A stretch of 62,574 nucleotides of DNA, the filler included, from a bacterium (GTDB taxonomy: Bacteria; UBP15; UBA6099; JAJRTR01), in the NCBI GenBank assembly GCA_024278215.1. It is 5 parts of 5 records of this genome, joined end to end, with 100 filler letters (N's around TTAATTAATTAA, not from the genome) between each part and the next. Parts side by side here need not be neighbours in the genome. Positions count along the whole stretch, not along the records: positions 19,762 to 30,368 come from JAJRTR010000187.1; positions 30,469 to 36,348 come from JAJRTR010000188.1; positions 36,449 to 56,329 come from JAJRTR010000193.1; 2 more parts are not named here. One strand, written 5' to 3'. Below, piece after piece: positions 28,374 through 38,813 of the stretch; position 1 is the first letter of the stretch, and every line of letters starts with the position of its first letter. Under the pieces are notes generated by a model that saw nothing but the letters and a program-made list of their open reading frames with translations, had not been told where the DNA came from and did not search any database. The position numbers and the translations under genes were made by a program.

Positions 28374-29198
28374 TCAAACTTCCAGAATCATTCCCTCGCG
28401 GGCGGAAATCGTGTTTTTGAAGAGTTTCTTCGCTTTTCTTTCGATGCTGCGGAGCGTTTTATCGTCATGGGTAGGTTCGTGATGAAACAGAACCAGCTTC
28501 TTCACGCCCGCTCTTCCGGCTATCCCCACAGCGGCCTCGTATGTGCTGTGGCCCCATCCGATACGTCCATGATCGTACTGCTCAGGTGTATACTGCGCGT
28601 CATACAACAGTATGTCGGCGTCCCTGATGTTTTCAATGTATGTGTCGATGTCTTCTCCGAATTCATGCTCGGTATCGCTGGAGTAGCATACCGCCCTGCT
28701 GCCTTCCTGAACCCTGAAACCCATCACTTCCTGGGGATGCACCAGCCAGAATGGCGTTATGAGGCAGTCGCCGACTTCCACACCGCCTTCTTTCATTGTG
28801 TGAAAGTGTTTTTCCGACTGTGTCTGGTTGAAATCGAGAGGGAAGTAGGGCGCTTTCATCTGCGCGGCGAGGTGTTTCCTCATATTCTTATTGCCGTAAA
28901 AATGAATCGTGAAATCGCTCAGAAGAAGCGGGATGAAGAAAGGCATACCCTGAATGTGGTCCCAGTGGACGTGTGAAATAAACAGGTGAATAGTTCGGGT
29001 GCTATTCTTGCGCTTGATATAGTCGAGCCCGAACTCGCGAATGCCCGTACCCGCGTCCAGAATGATTATATTCCCGTCCGCAGCCTCCACCTCGACGCAA
29101 CTCGTGTTCCCGCCGAACTCGACCGTTTTCTCACCGGGCGTTGGAATGCTGCCCCTGACTCCCCAGAACCTTACTCTCATATCCTCCGGCCTTTTCAC
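28374..29198 (-). CDS. MBL-fold metallo-hydrolase
   Basis: FWGVRGSIP, GGNTSC, DAGTG, SHVHWDHIQG, GWGHS, FHHEP. Confidence 0.92.
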   Translation of the reverse strand: MKRPEDMRVRFWGVRGSIPTPGEKTVEFGGNTSCVEVEAADGNIIILDAGTGIREFGLDYIKRKNSTRTIHLFISHVHWDHIQGMPFFIPLLLSDFTIHFYGNKNMRKHLAAQMKAPYFPLDFNQTQSEKHFHTMKEGGVEVGDCLITPFWLVHPQEVMGFRVQEGSRAVCYSSDTEHEFGEDIDTYIENIRDADILLYDAQYTPEQYDHGRIGWGHSTYEAAVGIAGRAGVKKLVLFHHEPTHDDKTLRSIERKAKKLFKNTISAREGMILEV

Positions 29199-29696
29199 TC
29201 ACTATACATTTTTGTGCTGAACATTATTAATCAGATTATTTAACCAAACATGTTATCAGAGACCCGACGAAATGTTCAAGAATAATCTGAAAATAATCAA
29301 TTTTGGAAAAACACGGGTCTCTACTCCGGACATGACCTGTGTCTGTGCAAACAGTTTTCGGGTAATATACGCTTGGGCGGGATCCGGTGATCCCGTCCTT
29401 GATTCATGTGTAACAAGTGGTCTCCAGCCATTTCCCGAATCTGTTGAAAAGCTGCTGTTTTCTTTGATGCGCTCCGCTGTGCGAGTTCGGTAGTGAAGAA
29501 ACAAAAGCCTCTTCGCTATTTGGTGTGGGTAGAGAAATGTAGTGTGCCGGAGGATAACCAAATGTTTGCAAAGACCTATGTAGAGTTTTCCACAAATCCA
29601 CCGTCCGGCAATCCTGTGGAATTGCCGGGAAACGGTGAGTATTGTGGTAAACTCGGCTCGATAGCTATGAGTTTTCCGTGCACACCGAAGTTTTTA

Positions 29697-29750
29697 TGGT
29701 GAACGCGGAGTGTTCAGTCCCTGCGTTCCGGGACAGCACCGCGGAACGCA
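29697..29750. repeat. Family B modules (inverted)
   Basis: TGGTGAACGCGGAGTGTTCAGTCCCTGCGTTCCGGG is the reverse complement of 21774-21809 with one mismatch. Confidence 0.8.
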
Positions 29751-29892
29751 GAGGGGAAATGCACATCGCAGTCGGCTCGATGTGAAGGAATCGGATTGCG
29801 ATAGTACAAAGCCACTCGCCTGCTTGCTTTGAGAACATCCGTGCAGTAAGATACTCGGGATAAATTATGACAAAAAGTGCTGGGAGAATATC

Positions 29893-30368
29893 ATGCGAGT
29901 TGTAGTGACAGGCGGTGCGGGATTTCTCGGTTCGCATCTTTGCGAAAGACTTCTCAAAGACGGCCACGAAGTAATCTGCATGGACAATTTCATTACCGGT
30001 TCGAGCGATAATATCAGCCATCTGCTCGGCGAGAAATTCACATTTATACAGTATGATGTAACTAATTACCTTGCGGTGGAGGGTGGGGTCGACCTGGTAA
30101 TGCATTTCGCCAGTCCGGCAAGCCCGATAGATTATCTCGAACTTCCTATCGAAACGATGAAAGTCGGTTCGCTCGGCACACACAAAGCCCTTGGGCTGGC
30201 GAAGGCCAAGGGCGCGACCTTCCTGATCGCATCGACATCCGAGACTTACGGCGACCCGCTCGAACACCCGCAGAAGGAAACTTGCTGCGGGAATGTCAAC
30301 CCCATCGGTCCCTGCGGTGTGTACGACGAGGCAAAGCGCTTCTCGGCAGCCATGACTATAGCCTATCA
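29893..30368 (+). CDS. UDP-glucuronate decarboxylase-like SDR, N-terminal fragment
   Basis: [36 protein letters not shown]; truncated at contig end. Confidence 0.92.
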
Positions 30369-31240
30369 NNNNNNNNNNNNNNNNNNNNNNNNNNNNNNNN
30401 NNNNNNNNNNNNTTAATTAATTAANNNNNNNNNNNNNNNNNNNNNNNNNNNNNNNNNNNNNNNNNNNNAGGGAACCTTGAAGATCGACCCCGGCTATCGC
30501 GCCGTAAGGTTTATACGGTATCGCGGTGCTGCCCGGTTCCTTGCTCTGGAGATGATACGGTGTTTCCCATCAGCCGAATGGATAGAAGTTGTAGTATTAT
30601 TGTTCACTGTAAACTTTTTCATTATCCCCTCGCTTTTCGTTTCCGTCCGGCATTCTTTATTTTGCTTCTACTATAGTTATCGCCTGTTTTTATAGTTGCT
30701 AAACGTGATTTCGTGTAACATCGCTCACACTCGCCGAGTGATGTTTGTCACTCTTGCACTTCAGACCGGTTATCACGAGAATGTCCGTTCCCGGGATTAT
30801 CAAGCACTCACGCACCCTGATTTCTTTCTTTCTTGATTCGTCATTTTTTCTCGTCGTTTCCATGTTGTACTCCCCTTTTCACTTTTTTGTTTTCTCGAGT
30901 GAAGGTTCGCTTGTTTTGTCGTCCTCGTCCCTTCAATCGCCATGACTACGCGGCTGCATAGCGTTTTATTGTGCCGGGTGACGTACATCACAGAATTTTT
31001 GTTTTTCGCGTGAGCTGCATCACGGAAAAGCAATTGTTATGTGACCTGCGTCACGGATGTCCCGGTCATAAACCGCCTTCACCCGCAAACCTGACATTTC
31101 TGCAACATTTCACAATTCCTTGTGTGAAATATGGTACTATTTCCATTAATGTATACAATATAATGGATGTATAATGAGAAGAATAGCGGATTTTAGCAAC
31201 TTTGAGCGCGAATAAAGCACAATACACAACAACTACACCA

Positions 31241-32425
31241 ATGAAACCTCCGGACAAACCTCGCAGGGTCGTTGTCCTTGGCTCGACGGGAACGCTGGGT
31301 GTGAAAGCGCTAGACATTATTTGCAATTTCCCCGACCGGTTTGAGTTGCTCGGTATTTCCGCCAACAGAAATATTACCCTCGTGAAAAAACAGATAAGGA
31401 AATATAAACCGCGACTGGTATGCGTGGGCGGCGCAGGGGCGGCGGCGTCACTGGAGAAGTGGATGGACGGAAGCGGCGTCTGTGTATGCAGCGGCGCGGC
31501 CGGCCTCGCCCGGCTCGCCGCCGACAATGACGCGGACGCTGTCTTCAACGGGGTTTCCGGCATCAGCGGTCTCGCTCCGACACTCGCGGCGCTTGAAAAC
31601 GGTACGCAGGTGCTCACAGCCAATAAGGAAAGCCTCGTCGCGGGTGGTGATCTTATTCAGAAAACCGCGCGGAAAAGCGGTGCGAAGATCATCCCTGTAG
31701 ACAGCGAGCATTCCGCTGTGTTCCAGTGTCTCCAGGGCCGGCGAAAGGACGAAGTGAGCAGGATCGTACTCACTGCTTCAGGCGGTCCGTTCCTGCACAG
31801 AAAGAATCTCAAGAACATAACACCCGCGAAGGCGCTTGTGCATCCGAACTGGAGCATGGGCGCAAAGGTGACTATCGACTCGGCGACGATGATGAACAAA
31901 GGACTCGAACTCCTGGAAGCGGCTTGTCTCTTTGCCGTACCCGGCGAACGCCTGGGTGTCGTTGTGCACCCTGAAAGCATAGTTCACGCTATTGTCGAGC
32001 TTGTGGACGGCAACGCCGTTTCCCTGATGGGAGAGCCCGACATGCGGCTGCCTATTATGTATGCGCTTTCCTATCCGTGCAGGTTGCCCGCGGGAGCGGG
32101 CCGCGAGTTCCGGTCGGAATCGATCGGTTCTCTGACGTTCCTGGAGCCGGATACAGTGAAGTTCCCATGCCTTGCACTGGCGCGGGCGGCGATGCGGATG
32201 GGCGGCGACGCGGGGGCGGTGCTCAGTGCGGCGGATGAAGTGGCTGTGGATGCTTTCATTAAAGAGAAGATCGGTTTTTCCGACATCTACACGGTGGTGG
32301 AGACAGCGCTTGAAAACGCGGCGGACAAGTCGGGCAAACTCGACTCGCTCGACGAAATCATGGACGCCGATGCACGCGGTCGCCGCGCCGCGCAGACTGC
32401 TGTGAAAGAAATAGCAACGAAATAA
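31241..32425 (+). CDS. dxr: 1-deoxy-D-xylulose 5-phosphate reductoisomerase
   Basis: LGSTG, ANKESLV, PVDSEHSA, LTASGGPF, HPNWSMGAKVTIDSATMMNKGLE. Confidence 0.97.
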   Translation: MKPPDKPRRVVVLGSTGTLGVKALDIICNFPDRFELLGISANRNITLVKKQIRKYKPRLVCVGGAGAAASLEKWMDGSGVCVCSGAAGLARLAADNDADAVFNGVSGISGLAPTLAALENGTQVLTANKESLVAGGDLIQKTARKSGAKIIPVDSEHSAVFQCLQGRRKDEVSRIVLTASGGPFLHRKNLKNITPAKALVHPNWSMGAKVTIDSATMMNKGLELLEAACLFAVPGERLGVVVHPESIVHAIVELVDGNAVSLMGEPDMRLPIMYALSYPCRLPAGAGREFRSESIGSLTFLEPDTVKFPCLALARAAMRMGGDAGAVLSAADEVAVDAFIKEKIGFSDIYTVVETALENAADKSGKLDSLDEIMDADARGRRAAQTAVKEIATK

Positions 32426-33687
32426 TGAAAAGAAAACAACAGAATATAAACAACATGAATACCAAGTCGAAAATCTTTATGACGTCAGTCATTATGTGTT
32501 TCGTGCTGACTGCCGCAGTGCTGCTGCTCGGCCGGTCATACCTGAAAAACATGAAGGCGGCACGGCAGGCACAGGCGCTCAGGCAACATGCCGGGCAACT
32601 CCATAAGGCGGTGTTCGGAAAAGATAAAAAGACCGGCAGAATCACGGGCGTCGCGGGCGATATTAGATTCGGGCTGACACTCGATGCCGAACTTCAGCGC
32701 ATCGCCGAAGACATGCTGAAAGCCTACAATCCAGTAAAGGCTTCCTTTATACTGCTGGACGCCGAAACGGGCGAAATAATGGTAATGGCGGCATTCTCGC
32801 GCAAGCGCGTGGAGTTGCCGATGTCGGGCAGATATAAAACATTCCTGGACCCGATACACCGAAGTTCGGCGCACCCCATGGCGTCGATTGCAAAGCTGGT
32901 GACCGCCTCGGCAGCCATCGAAAAAAAGATTTTCGGACCAGGCGACACTTTTCATTGCAGCGGGAAATTCTCGATCAAGGGCAAAGGCTCGATCTCCGAC
33001 CCGAAAGGCGTCGCCCACGGCGATATCACAATGGGACGCGCGCTCGCGTCGTCGTGCAATCCTGTTTATGCGCAAATAGCTGTGAAGGTCGGTCGTGCGG
33101 CGCTTGTCGAGTACTTCGACCGGTTCGCGTTCAACAGGCCGATCCCGTTCGACCTGCCGCTCGAGGAGAGCATGGCGTCTGTCGGCAACGACGATTACCG
33201 GCTGGCGCGTGCCGGGTCGGGGTTCGAAGGCGCGTGGATTTCGCCGGTTCACGCCGCGGCGATAGCAGGCGCTTTCCGTAACGGCGGGAGGATGATGAAA
33301 CCGTATTTTATTCAGTCGATAAGCGGGCCCGGCGGGAAACTTTACGGTGCAAAGAAGTCGATAATCGCCACACCCGTTTCCGCACGCACGGCGAAGACAC
33401 TGGGGCGGATGATGTCCGGCACGGTGAACGGACCGGGCGGCACGGCATACAAAGGTTTCTATAAGAATGGCGAGTCGATTACCGGCCATGTTCGATTCGT
33501 CGGCAAAACAGGCTCGCTCAGCGGCGATGCGCCCCAGTTACATTACGCGTGGTTCATCGGTCACGTGGAAAAAGGAGGCCGTCCCCTGGCCTTTTCGTCT
33601 CTTGTTGTCAACGATGGAACATGGAAGATAAAAGCGGCCTCTTTTGCCGGTCAATACTTCAAGGCTGTTGTGGATGATATTAGATAA
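32425..33687 (+). CDS. Penicillin-binding protein, transpeptidase domain only
   Basis: TM anchor; SIAK (SxxK), SCN (SxN), KTG. Confidence 0.85.
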   Translation: MKRKQQNINNMNTKSKIFMTSVIMCFVLTAAVLLLGRSYLKNMKAARQAQALRQHAGQLHKAVFGKDKKTGRITGVAGDIRFGLTLDAELQRIAEDMLKAYNPVKASFILLDAETGEIMVMAAFSRKRVELPMSGRYKTFLDPIHRSSAHPMASIAKLVTASAAIEKKIFGPGDTFHCSGKFSIKGKGSISDPKGVAHGDITMGRALASSCNPVYAQIAVKVGRAALVEYFDRFAFNRPIPFDLPLEESMASVGNDDYRLARAGSGFEGAWISPVHAAAIAGAFRNGGRMMKPYFIQSISGPGGKLYGAKKSIIATPVSARTAKTLGRMMSGTVNGPGGTAYKGFYKNGESITGHVRFVGKTGSLSGDAPQLHYAWFIGHVEKGGRPLAFSSLVVNDGTWKIKAASFAGQYFKAVVDDIR

Positions 33688-33688
33688 T

Positions 33689-36079
33689 ATGACACTGAGA
33701 ACAAAGATAATATTCACAGTCGGATTCCTCGTGGCGGTAATGATAGGGGTAGCCGTGTGGTGGACCGGTTCGGACGGCCGGGGCGGCGGGCGCGACGCGG
33801 CGGCGGCGTGGGAAAACGGTTGTTTCAGCCGCAGTGTCGAACTCATCGAAAACGGCGAGACGGAACTCGGCGAAGAATCTCTCGAACTCTGCCGACGCAG
33901 CCTGGCGCTCCAGGGACAGAAGCTCGGCACATTCGACTGGGAAAACGAGCGCATACGATTTGATGGTATCGTGAAAGACTGGACGCCCGTGTGGCCCGGT
34001 GACGACGAAAACCAGACAAACGGCAACGGCGGCAAGGCGCAGCCGATGTCGAAGTCGGAGATCGAAAGCCGCATAAAAAAAATCGACACCTTTATTCTGA
34101 ACTCGCCGCAAAGTTATTTTGTAAGCCCGGCGATAATCCTCAAGGGTATGCTGCTGTACCAGGAGGGTAGTTACAGCGAATGTGTCGAGTGGCTGATGCA
34201 GAACAACGGACACCGCGGTTTCGAGGTGCTGCCCACATACTCGCGCAACCTGATAGCACGCGCGGCGGTGAAGGCCGGGCTGCTCGAACTCGCCACCGAG
34301 CAGATCAACCGGCTCGAAGTCGAGTTTCCCGGCACGGAGATGACGGGTAAGGCACTGCTGCTCAAAGCGGAGATACTCGCGGAACAGGGCCGGCTCAGGT
34401 CCGCTATGAATGTATTGTGGCGCGTGGCGCGTGGCAACTTCCCGCCGATTGTGCGCGGACAGGCGTTGCTCGAAGCCGCGAAGATATACAATGAATCGGA
34501 TCAACCCGAGTACGCTGTAACGGCACTGACGGAAATCGCGCGTCTCTATCCAAAAGCCAACGTCAAAGACCATCTGCTCGACTACATCGACGTCGAAAAC
34601 GGCTCTCTTACAATGAAAGACCGTATACTGCTGGCCGACTATTATAAAAAGGTTGAAAAAGGATACCCGATACAGAGACTGCTCTCGCCTGTGAAAAACA
34701 AACTGCCGCCCGAGGGGAAGCTGCTTCTCGCGAACGGGTACTTTCTGGCAGGGAAATACGGCAGCACTCGAACGGTGTTGCGCGGACTCGGCCCGGACGC
34801 GCCGCGCGATGTTCTCGCGCAGGCATGTATGCTCAGGGGCGAGTCGATAATCAAGCAAAAAAACTGGTCCGGCGCGGCCGGGCACCTGGAGGCCTGCCTG
34901 AAGAAGTTTCCGTCGATGGCAAAAGAATACACCGAGCGTCTCGTGACACTGTATGGCATAACCGGCGACGACAGGCGGCGAGCGGAACTGCTCATCGCGC
35001 TGAGCGAGGCCGAACCCGGCCACGAAAAAGAAGACGAGCACTACCTCAACGCTGCACGCTGGTTCCTGACCTCCGGGGATCACGCGCGTGCCGAAGAAAT
35101 ATACAACGTGCTCATATCACGCTACCCCCGCCGCTATTCCGCCGCGGAAGCGCTGTTCTGGCTCGGCAAACTGCGCATGTACCGTGATGATATGCCCGGC
35201 GCGATCGAGAAGTTCACACAACTGCGCGAGCGGTTCCCTTATTCCTATTTCTATTACAGGGCAGGCCGGATCCTCGTGCAGAACGGATACGCTATGGCCG
35301 CGCACAATTCGCACCTGCGCCCCGACTCGAATTACTCGATCTTCCCCGGCACGAGCCAGCGTCTGCGCGACGGCAACGCTCTGCGCCACATGCACCTCTA
35401 TGACGACGCGCTCTATGAATTCGAGAACGCGCTCGAACTATATCCGCGTGAGGCCACCGTCGGCATATCACGTGTATACCGCGCTCTAAATAATATGCCG
35501 TCTTCAGTGAAAAGACTCGAAGAAATGATAAAAGTCGATCCGAAGTTCTATGCCGCCGTCATGGGCAGCGACGAACTCACCGAATTGCTTTTTCCCACCA
35601 TGTTTCTCGATGCCGGACGCCGGGAAGCCGCGCGTTACGGCATGAATCCCGCGTGGCCCTTCTCCATCATCAGGCAGGAAAGCCGCTTCAAACCCGACGC
35701 CACCTCCTGGTCGAACGCTAAGGGCCTCATGCAGATAATTCCATCCACAGGCCGCTGGATAGCACAAAAACTGAATGTGCGGCCTTTCTACACGAACTCA
35801 CTGTATAAGCCGCAGCAGAACATCCCCTTCGGCACATGGTATTTCTCACACCTTCTGGAGACTTTCGATGGCAACGCCGAATACGCTGTCGGCGCATACA
35901 ACGGCGGCCCCGGCAACATGCGGAAATGGATCGCAAAGTATGACACGAGCGACATCGACATGTTCATCGAGAGCATTCCGCGCGACGAATCCCGCGGATA
36001 CATCAAAAAAGTCATGCTCAACTACTATATATACAGCGCACTTCTCCAGGAAAAACAGCTCGCCGAACGCCGCGATTGA
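33689..36079 (+). CDS. Slt70-like lytic transglycosylase with TPR repeats
   Basis: TPR helices; IRQESRF, AKGLMQI, AYNGGPG, ESRGYIKKV. Confidence 0.92.
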   Translation: MTLRTKIIFTVGFLVAVMIGVAVWWTGSDGRGGGRDAAAAWENGCFSRSVELIENGETELGEESLELCRRSLALQGQKLGTFDWENERIRFDGIVKDWTPVWPGDDENQTNGNGGKAQPMSKSEIESRIKKIDTFILNSPQSYFVSPAIILKGMLLYQEGSYSECVEWLMQNNGHRGFEVLPTYSRNLIARAAVKAGLLELATEQINRLEVEFPGTEMTGKALLLKAEILAEQGRLRSAMNVLWRVARGNFPPIVRGQALLEAAKIYNESDQPEYAVTALTEIARLYPKANVKDHLLDYIDVENGSLTMKDRILLADYYKKVEKGYPIQRLLSPVKNKLPPEGKLLLANGYFLAGKYGSTRTVLRGLGPDAPRDVLAQACMLRGESIIKQKNWSGAAGHLEACLKKFPSMAKEYTERLVTLYGITGDDRRRAELLIALSEAEPGHEKEDEHYLNAARWFLTSGDHARAEEIYNVLISRYPRRYSAAEALFWLGKLRMYRDDMPGAIEKFTQLRERFPYSYFYYRAGRILVQNGYAMAAHNSHLRPDSNYSIFPGTSQRLRDGNALRHMHLYDDALYEFENALELYPREATVGISRVYRALNNMPSSVKRLEEMIKVDPKFYAAVMGSDELTELLFPTMFLDAGRREAARYGMNPAWPFSIIRQESRFKPDATSWSNAKGLMQIIPSTGRWIAQKLNVRPFYTNSLYKPQQNIPFGTWYFSHLLETFDGNAEYAVGAYNGGPGNMRKWIAKYDTSDIDMFIESIPRDESRGYIKKVMLNYYIYSALLQEKQLAERRD

Positions 36080-36570
36080 CATGTGACATGCCTGCTATTT
36101 CATTTCATAACCCGCGCGGTCCGGAAGTGCCGTTCCCCGGATTCTTTGTGAAAAACCCTGAGCATATATTCAGGACTCCTGACCTGGGAGAAGGGTAGAA
36201 AAGAGGGCATGGCGAGAGTGGCACACAAAAAAGCGTATGAATAAAGGAAAAATGTCGAGTGGAGAGAAAGATAACAAAATATGACGGGACGCTACAAAGG
36301 GAAAAAAGAAATGATAAAATATAGGGAACACATACATCAGTGAGTGGGNNNNNNNNNNNNNNNNNNNNNNNNNNNNNNNNNNNNNNNNNNNNTTAATTAA
36401 TTAANNNNNNNNNNNNNNNNNNNNNNNNNNNNNNNNNNNNNNNNNNNNAGACCACTACAAAATTGCTATCTACTTCCACTGCGGCGGTCTCAATCTTTAT
36501 CCGGAAATAGCTCAATGAAAGGAATTATCATGCGCTCGGACTTGCACCACAACATCTTGTGGCTACCCAC

Positions 36571-37215
36571 TCAAAACCCGGAAGCGCGAAACATGTAATG
36601 CAAGATGATTTTCTTTTTCATTTTTTCATCTGAGAAGGTTTCGTATGATTTGCCGACATAATCCCGAACGGTTCCGACTCTTTGCGACAAGTAATAGACC
36701 GGTGTATCGAGATACTGACGTTCACTTACAGTATTTATATTGATAATACTGAAGGCGAATAGCGCCTGGGTAAACTTCCTGAAAATGAAGCTGTCGTATT
36801 TGAGGATCGCCTTTTGTTTTTCGAATTGCCAGTTGAATCTCATATCCCATTGCGGCGACATCGATCTGAGATTTACGGGAATGATAATCACTTCCGGCTT
36901 GTTCTTATTGCCGGCTGCATATTTCACAAAAGAATCGTATATGTCTGTGTTGTAGGCTCCATGAACAATCACGCCGATGGGCACTCCATCGAGTTTCTCC
37001 TGCAGGATCGTTGATATTCTTCTTGTGTCTGTATCGTTGCTGCTTGTCGAGTAATCTACGCTGTCGTTGAAGTACAGTATTTTTATTCCTTTTGCCAGAT
37101 ATGTGTCCAGATTTGATTTTTCTTTAAATATAACGGGCATAAATTCCGGTGTGGCCACGACCAGAATGAAGATGACAATGAGCAAAAGTATTGATTTTTT
37201 CACAAGCGCAATCAT
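36571..37215 (-). CDS. Hypothetical MBOAT-associated exported protein (DltD/SGNH-like), probably incomplete
   Basis: Follows the MBOAT gene, signal/TM, ILYFNDSV block; close to contig end. Confidence 0.5.
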   Translation of the reverse strand: MIALVKKSILLLIVIFILVVATPEFMPVIFKEKSNLDTYLAKGIKILYFNDSVDYSTSSNDTDTRRISTILQEKLDGVPIGVIVHGAYNTDIYDSFVKYAAGNKNKPEVIIIPVNLRSMSPQWDMRFNWQFEKQKAILKYDSFIFRKFTQALFAFSIININTVSERQYLDTPVYYLSQRVGTVRDYVGKSYETFSDEKMKKKIILHYMFRASGF

Positions 37216-37224
37216 CTTTGAACC

Positions 37225-38655
37225 TCAAAACTGAGAGTATATGAACTTGACTTCGTTGTACGCGCCGCATTTCAGCAGGAGAAAGGAAACAATAATGTAA
37301 AAGAGCCACCTCGACGCTGTGGGCAACCCGGACAGCCAGTCGGGAAGGTCGCGGAATCCTTTTCGGATGCCGACAAACTCGGCGATGGAGACAGCAACGA
37401 AAATCAGGGCGATATTCCGGGGTCCCATTTCCGCCATGATAAAATTGATATTGAGCGCCGGAACCGTAATTTTTTGGAATATTCCCAGTGCGGTGGTCAT
37501 GTTCGGGGCGCGGAAAAACACCCATGCAAAAGCAGTGATGTTAAAAGTTACGAAAACGCGGGCCGCATGTGAAAAGAAATGTGACATATCCACATGCCCA
37601 TTATATTTCTGCGGTTTGAAACCGAGGAAATGGAATATGACGAAAAAAACGCCGTGCACCGCTCCCCATGCTATGAAAGTCCAGTTGGCTCCATGCCACA
37701 AACCACTTAAAACGAAAACCAGCATGATGTTAAAGGTCCAGAACAGTTTTCCGGTTTTGTTACCGCCGAGAGGAATGTACAAATAATCCCTGAACCAGGT
37801 GGAAAGAGAAATATGCCACCGTCGCCAGAATTCCTGCGGGCAATCCGCATAATAAGGATTCCTGAAGTTCTCCATAAGATCGAAGCCGAGCAACTTCGCG
37901 CTTCCCCTTGCGATATCGGTGTATCCTGAAAAATCGCAATATATCTGATATGTGAAGCAGTACGTTGCCAGAAGGAGTGCGCCGCTGCCGAGTTCGGCAT
38001 AGCTGCCGAAGGCCGAAGCTACATAAACAGCCAGTCTGTCGGCAATCACCATCTTCTTGAAAAGGCCCCACAATATGAGTACGAGCCCTCGCCATATCCT
38101 GTCACTGTCAAAGCCGCCGGGCTCGGAAAACTGTGGTATAAGCTTTCCCGCTCTTTCGATGGGGCCTGCGACAAGCTTGGGGAAAAAAGCCATGTAGAGT
38201 GCAAACGAGACAGGATCTTTTTCGGGGGTGATTCGGCCTTTGTATACATCCACACAATAACTGATTCCCTGGAGAGTGAAAAAAGATATCCCGGCCGGAA
38301 GGAGAAAGTTGAACACCGGAATATCGATATTCACGCCCGACCGCAATAACATACGGCCTATCGAGTCTGCAAGGAAGTTGTAGTATTTGAAAAAGACAAA
38401 CTGCATGAGCAGCAGAGTTATGCAGGCGGATAGAATGCTTTTTTTATGTTTTCTTATATCTCCGATCATTATGCCCACTGTGTAGCAAACTATCGTCACA
38501 TCGAGCAGCAACAGCGCATAGGCAGGACCGAGAGACATGTAAAAGAAATAGCTTGCCGCAAGCAGGAACATGTTCCTGTGTGCAGGCCGCAACAGAGAAC
38601 AGATTGCTGCTGCCGCAACCAGAAACAGAAGGTAATGAATGCTGTTAAAAACCAT
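37225..38655 (-). CDS. MBOAT family O-acyltransferase (AlgI/DltB-like)
   Basis: PAGISFFT, FFPKLVAGPIER, YCDFSGY, FWRRWHISLSTWFRDYLYIPLGG, SGLWHGA. Confidence 0.95.
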   Translation of the reverse strand: MVFNSIHYLLFLVAAAAICSLLRPAHRNMFLLAASYFFYMSLGPAYALLLLDVTIVCYTVGIMIGDIRKHKKSILSACITLLLMQFVFFKYYNFLADSIGRMLLRSGVNIDIPVFNFLLPAGISFFTLQGISYCVDVYKGRITPEKDPVSFALYMAFFPKLVAGPIERAGKLIPQFSEPGGFDSDRIWRGLVLILWGLFKKMVIADRLAVYVASAFGSYAELGSGALLLATYCFTYQIYCDFSGYTDIARGSAKLLGFDLMENFRNPYYADCPQEFWRRWHISLSTWFRDYLYIPLGGNKTGKLFWTFNIMLVFVLSGLWHGANWTFIAWGAVHGVFFVIFHFLGFKPQKYNGHVDMSHFFSHAARVFVTFNITAFAWVFFRAPNMTTALGIFQKITVPALNINFIMAEMGPRNIALIFVAVSIAEFVGIRKGFRDLPDWLSGLPTASRWLFYIIVSFLLLKCGAYNEVKFIYSQF

Positions 38656-38813
38656 ATTTATCCGTTATAAGGACCGTCCGGCAATAATGTGAACATCACA
38701 AGGTACAAATGTACTTGATCTGAATTGATCCGTGCAATTCGTGTCAAAAACAGAGTTTTCAACAATTCGCGACGGCATTGCATCGAATCGCTTCAGGCGC
38801 ACGAAATAGAGGC

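Noticed and set aside
29258-29322. 9-bp inverted repeat AGAGACCCG/CGGGTCTCT bounding 65 bp
   Set aside because: Could be a MITE relic, but single copy, short repeat and no target duplication
29580-29680. DnaA-like boxes and riboswitch-like hairpins upstream of the SDR gene
   Set aside because: Only one good box; hairpins lack any riboswitch consensus I can recognise
36180-36348. Purine-rich low-complexity stretch
   Set aside because: At a contig end and probably low-quality sequence; no ORF or repeat unit
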